From: a virus
Lineage: Duplodnaviria; Caudoviricetes
Length of the DNA: 28,407 bases
Strand: one strand, 5' to 3'
IMG/VR virus record: IMGVR_UViG_3300033067_000032
Coordinates: 1-28,407 of that record
Shown here: positions 24,702-28,407 of the stretch, in pieces
Layout of the letters: every line of letters starts with the position of its first letter
How positions within the stretch are numbered: position 1 is the stretch's first letter
Program-made: the position numbers and the translations under genes
Notes under the pieces: model-generated
Told to the model about the DNA's origin: nothing
Seen by the model: only the letters and a program-made list of their open reading frames with translations
The model's database searches: none

Positions 24702-25556
24702 TATATTGGGTTCAGTCTTATCGTCTCGCCAGCGTTTGAATACTGGTTCACGTAGGGCAACGTATGTCGGGTCTGGCTTGTACTCTACTTCCATGATCCT
24801 GCCGATGTAACCATCCGGGTTCTTCAGCATAGCCTTCCGCTCGTCATGTGTTAAGCAGCCCGGCCCAATCCCAATATGAATATCTCCATAGTAAGCATGT
24901 AGGCCACCAGCCATCCCATTACCCAGCTTAGTCTTCTTGTCGATAGCCTCTTCAATACCACAGAGAGCTAAGTCAACAGAGCCGACAGCTTTATGTCGCT
25001 GTAGATTCCAGCTACGCTTACCTATCTCCATCTTACCTAACAAGCTGCGGATGATTACACCCTCCTTCTCAGGATATAGCTTGTCGAAGGTTTCGATGTT
25101 TTCCCTCAGAGTTTTTTCGTCGAGAATCTGGACACCGGGGATTAACTGCACTGGACTTTTACGTTCAACATGGATTCCGATGTTCTCTGCCATCAGTTTC
25201 ATTCTATCAGCGTAGGACATCCACTCTTTGCCTGTATGGTAGTAGTCGAACACATTCAGCGTTAGTTCTATGGCTGGTCGTTCTGCTCGAACCAAGCCGC
25301 TAATATCTTTGAACGATAGTCCTTTAACGTATAACTCTCCAATGATGTGGTGGTGCGGGTAAAGCAACCCGAAGAGCCAGTCTTTGATATGGTCAACGGA
25401 GTACAGTGGTTCGCCTTGGCGAGTACGGACATGGACTTCCCCATCCGCCGTGGCATAAAAGTCAGCAGGGACTCCATCTAGTTTCTCCTGTACTGCTACT
25501 GGGTAGATGATCTTCTTGTAGTCTATGTTCTTTGCAAGCATCATTACTTCTGACAT
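24696..25556 (-). CDS. ATP-dependent DNA ligase
   Basis: 286 aa; motif I EKLDG, GELY, VFD, EGVIIR and C-terminal LREPVFKRWRDDK. Confidence 0.95.
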   Translation of the reverse strand: MSEVMMLAKNIDYKKIIYPVAVQEKLDGVPADFYATADGEVHVRTRQGEPLYSVDHIKDWLFGLLYPHHHIIGELYVKGLSFKDISGLVRAERPAIELTLNVFDYYHTGKEWMSYADRMKLMAENIGIHVERKSPVQLIPGVQILDEKTLRENIETFDKLYPEKEGVIIRSLLGKMEIGKRSWNLQRHKAVGSVDLALCGIEEAIDKKTKLGNGMAGGLHAYYGDIHIGIGPGCLTHDERKAMLKNPDGYIGRIMEVEYKPDPTYVALREPVFKRWRDDKTEPNIE

Positions 25557-26239
25557 TGAGTATCCTCTACTGTCATGTGCTTAGGTTTCATGTGGCCGTA
25601 GTTCTCCAGCGCGATCCTCATCTGTTCTTCGACATCAGCGTAGGTATGCTGGATTCCAACAACCGGGGGACGATCATCGGTGAGCTTACCAGCAGCCTTA
25701 GCATCAAGTATGATCGCACAGCAAGCCATGATGTGACCGAGGTGTGGAGTCTTGTCCACTGGGTCGATCTCTTCGCCACTGAGGTAGCGATCCATGTGCC
25801 GCTGCATAGCTGATAAATAAACCGAAGCACGTACTCCAGTCACTCGCCAGTTCCATGCGCCGTACTTAGTCATGCCGACGAACTGGGCTACGCTCCATGC
25901 TGCTTTCGCAATAGGGGAACATAACCACAATGGGACTTTCTTATCCCCAAGGCCATCTTTAGGATTTCCGTCTTTCGTGGAACCCAAAGAAATTTTTGGG
26001 TCAATTTTAACATTTGGCACATCTGTTTTTATTCCGAACCAATACTCATTGAGTTCATCAGATGTCAACTTACGATACCTCTCTACGTCAAAACCTCGTT
26101 GGTATCCAGCGAAGTACACAGTATTACCAATCTGACGATCAACTACCATTACTTTTCCTTTGGTATTAAACTCAGAGTTACTCGGTTCCTTATCCTGTAT
26201 AACTAGATCGGCTGGGTAGAATTGTTGAATGTATGCCAT
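25544..26239 (-). CDS. DUF5664-type dATP/dGTP diphosphohydrolase domain protein with an N-terminal extension
   Basis: 231 aa; NPKD...K.PL, GMTKYGAWNWR, YLSAMQRH, GEEIDP...HLGHIMACCAIILDA and DDRP. Confidence 0.85.
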   Translation of the reverse strand: MAYIQQFYPADLVIQDKEPSNSEFNTKGKVMVVDRQIGNTVYFAGYQRGFDVERYRKLTSDELNEYWFGIKTDVPNVKIDPKISLGSTKDGNPKDGLGDKKVPLWLCSPIAKAAWSVAQFVGMTKYGAWNWRVTGVRASVYLSAMQRHMDRYLSGEEIDPVDKTPHLGHIMACCAIILDAKAAGKLTDDRPPVVGIQHTYADVEEQMRIALENYGHMKPKHMTVEDTQCQK

Positions 26240-26251
26240 GTGTCTTCCTTT

Positions 26252-26635
26252 CTAAATCTGTGACCATTGGAACGGTTTACACTCGCCTATCACAACAACC
26301 GTATCACTTGTTTCAATTACTTTATTGTTGAAAACATAAACATATTTTGGTTTTGCTATCGTTCCAAGAACGAATGCTTTACCTGAATCTGTTAAGCGGT
26401 ACATTCCAGAGGTACGCTTGTCCTCATCTGAGTTAGCTGGCTTACTTTCCACTAGATTCCAATGTTTCAGAATTGAGAAATCCCTGCCGCTACCGTGTTT
26501 TGTTGGGCGGAATGTCTCGATATGATGCCACCCATTTCCTAGTTGTTGTAGACTTACAAGCATAGTCGCCAATGTTTTATGAATCTTTAGACGACTAACC
26601 TTCATCGAACGGCCACAACCATTACATACTGTCAT
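26252..26635 (-). CDS. Hypothetical protein, possible winged-helix DNA-binding protein with an N-terminal CxxC
   Basis: 127 aa; CNGC, LKHWNLVE and GMYRLTDSGKAFV (wing-like Y.LT..G pattern); RBS AGGAGAG. Confidence 0.65.
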   Translation of the reverse strand: MTVCNGCGRSMKVSRLKIHKTLATMLVSLQQLGNGWHHIETFRPTKHGSGRDFSILKHWNLVESKPANSDEDKRTSGMYRLTDSGKAFVLGTIAKPKYVYVFNNKVIETSDTVVVIGECKPFQWSQI

Positions 26636-26804
26636 TAGGCTCTCCTACTTTGGTTGGATAGATGTCAGGTATATCCTTTGTTACACGGGATATGAACGTG
26701 TCAATTTCTTTATCAGTAACGCGATTCTTGGAGTGGTGCAGCAATCTCTCCGTGACTCGACGCAATAGCGTCAGAGCCTCACGTAGATAGTCTACGCTCT
26801 CCAT
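26622..26804 (-). CDS. Hypothetical protein (60 aa)
   Basis: Overlaps both neighbours by 13-14 nt and fills the gap in the operon. Confidence 0.6.
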   Translation of the reverse strand: MESVDYLREALTLLRRVTERLLHHSKNRVTDKEIDTFISRVTKDIPDIYPTKVGEPNDSM

Positions 26805-28405
26805 TTGCTTCCGCGCATCGAGATGATGGCGCGTTTACCGTTGTTGTACGTTACGATATGAGAGTGCGACCAACTCGACGGGCCTTTGTTATAGCCCATG
26901 TCCATAAGTCCAGAAACGCCAGCCACGTAAGCGCCATCAATAATACCGGCACTGTGAGAATGACCAAGATTGATCTTGCGACCAATCGTGCGAAGGTTTC
27001 TTGCACTGCCTCTTGCACCATTTGGTCCGCGATGGCCATGAAGCCCACACTCAATACCACCAACGATTTCACCCGTCTCATACTCTATCTCCTGATTGTT
27101 ACCGATGACGAATGAATCGTCCTCGCGTAGAAACTCTACATTGATGAGATCGAACTTCTCACGAAGTGCAGTCTCGTAAATACTGAACCGTTTCTCCTTA
27201 GTGCGAATCGCTTTGAACTGCAACGCATTCATGCGGTGGAAGTATTCAGCGTTCTCTGGGTCAGTCCTGATGTCAGCTTCCTTTAGCCAGCGATGAAACG
27301 CTAGGTCATGGTTGCTCTCTACCACAATCGCCATGTTCCCTTTGCGCGTGATGTACTCAAGGAACTCAGCCGATTGGTGAATCCCTTCCTCGACACTAGA
27401 TGCACTATTGAAGTGCTTCTCTGCCAAGAAGTACGGGTCATGGATATTATGGTGGTTACGTGCTGAGAAGTCTGTGAGGTCATGGATGAACTGGAACTGT
27501 GGCTGTAGCACGTTCAAGATCGAATCACCGTTACCCCATGCCCCTTCGAGCACTTTCTCATCCATTTTTTCGATGTGTATGTCACCGTAGTTCACTGCAA
27601 GCACTTCCTGCCCGGTTTCTACGCCATCTGGCGTGTACTTCGTGGTCAGGTCATAGAACGTACCGGAGTTGTCGGCAATCAACTGACGGGCGAAGAAATC
27701 GCCCTTCTCGTCGATCTCAACAAAGAGAGCACCGAACACGTGGTGGAACTCTGCTTTCTGTCCTGCTTTACGTTGTATGTAGTTACGCAGGGTAACTGCC
27801 CCAGTGGTATAGAGGAACCGTGCAGGTTCTCCAGCCATGCGAGGCAATGACTGCATGGCGACTTTTGCGTGAGGGATAATCCCTGAGCAGTTATGACTAT
27901 ACCCTTCAAACCCGGACAGGGGATTTCCCGCTGTGGGAAGAATATCGAGTTCACCGCAGAAGATAAGGTCTTTACAAACTTGAGCAGATTCATCTAGCAC
28001 GAACTCCGCAAGGCGGTCATCATACCACAGTTCTTTATCATCTTTTGTCCCATTTTGGAATCCTGATTTATTGTAGGTGAACCGAGACACAACAAGTTGT
28101 GCATCGTTGTGCTTACAGAACTGTAGTAGACTTGCAAGAAAGTTCTCATGCACATGTGTGTTATTTTGCGCCGATGTAAATACAAATCGCGTACCAGCAA
28201 GAGACTTCCTCCGGGCATCAGGAGCATCAAGCACTCCTCCGGCGATAGGGCGATTGTCTTCTTTTCGCTTCTTAGTCGGTTTCTGACTAGCGAGAAAGTA
28301 ACGGATGCCAGACTCGCTTGCTTTAACACCGTAGAACGTAGTAATGTGTTTAGCAGCAGCACGGATACTCCCCTCTGACTTGATAAAGCCGCGAACTTCG
28401 TCTGC
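26792..28405 (-). CDS. T5 A1-like metallophosphoesterase-fold nuclease; 5' end lies outside the window
   Basis: The frame stays open upstream of the listed GTG (28234) to the window edge (...GSIRAAAKHITTFYGVKASESGIRYFL...RPIAGGV). Motifs TSAQNNT, YNKSGFQNG, NYIQRKAGQKAEFHH, YGDIH, HDLTDF, ESNHD, GLHGH, GHSH and DMGYNKGPSSW match T5 A1 as I recall it and the calcineurin-like metal-binding pattern. Confidence 0.88.
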   Translation of the reverse strand, partial: ADEVRGFIKSEGSIRAAAKHITTFYGVKASESGIRYFLASQKPTKKRKEDNRPIAGGVLDAPDARRKSLAGTRFVFTSAQNNTHVHENFLASLLQFCKHNDAQLVVSRFTYNKSGFQNGTKDDKELWYDDRLAEFVLDESAQVCKDLIFCGELDILPTAGNPLSGFEGYSHNCSGIIPHAKVAMQSLPRMAGEPARFLYTTGAVTLRNYIQRKAGQKAEFHHVFGALFVEIDEKGDFFARQLIADNSGTFYDLTTKYTPDGVETGQEVLAVNYGDIHIEKMDEKVLEGAWGNGDSILNVLQPQFQFIHDLTDFSARNHHNIHDPYFLAEKHFNSASSVEEGIHQSAEFLEYITRKGNMAIVVESNHDLAFHRWLKEADIRTDPENAEYFHRMNALQFKAIRTKEKRFSIYETALREKFDLINVEFLREDDSFVIGNNQEIEYETGEIVGGIECGLHGHRGPNGARGSARNLRTIGRKINLGHSHSAGIIDGAYVAGVSGLMDMGYNKGPSSWSHSHIVTYNNGKRAIISMRGSKWRA

Positions 28406-28407
28406 CG

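Noticed and set aside
28232-28240. GTG start at 28234 with adjacent GGAGGA
   Set aside because: Zero spacing between SD and start; the frame continues open and protein-like to the window edge.

Overview
This window is a contiguous piece of a lytic T7-supergroup (Autographiviridae-type) podophage genome, with all real genes on the minus strand. The gene order is phiKMV-like, with the single-subunit RNA polymerase at the end of the DNA-metabolism block. In transcription order (right to left) the early/middle block is: T5 A1-like metallophosphoesterase/DNase (5' end outside the window), two small ORFs, a DUF5664-type dATP/dGTP diphosphohydrolase, ATP-dependent ligase, a small ORF bracketed by a 17-bp direct repeat, family A DNA polymerase, a conserved 310-aa protein, a minimal class II nucleotidyltransferase, 5'-3' exonuclease, two small ORFs, endonuclease VII and RNA polymerase. 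The late block follows: two small ORFs, GNAT, gp7.3-like protein, portal, scaffold, major capsid, tail tubes A/B, three ejection proteins (the gp15-like one carries a GH108 muramidase domain) and a tail fibre (3' end outside the window, missed by the ORF track) with a 5x30-bp tandem repeat. Non-coding signals read directly from the sequence: three copies of a 21-24 bp putative phage promoter (TAATTCACTTCGTACCTAGTA), two intrinsic terminators, an orphan hairpin, and a 24% GC repeat-rich tract that may be a replication origin. All family assignments come from motif recognition, not database searches. The host cannot be determined from this window.
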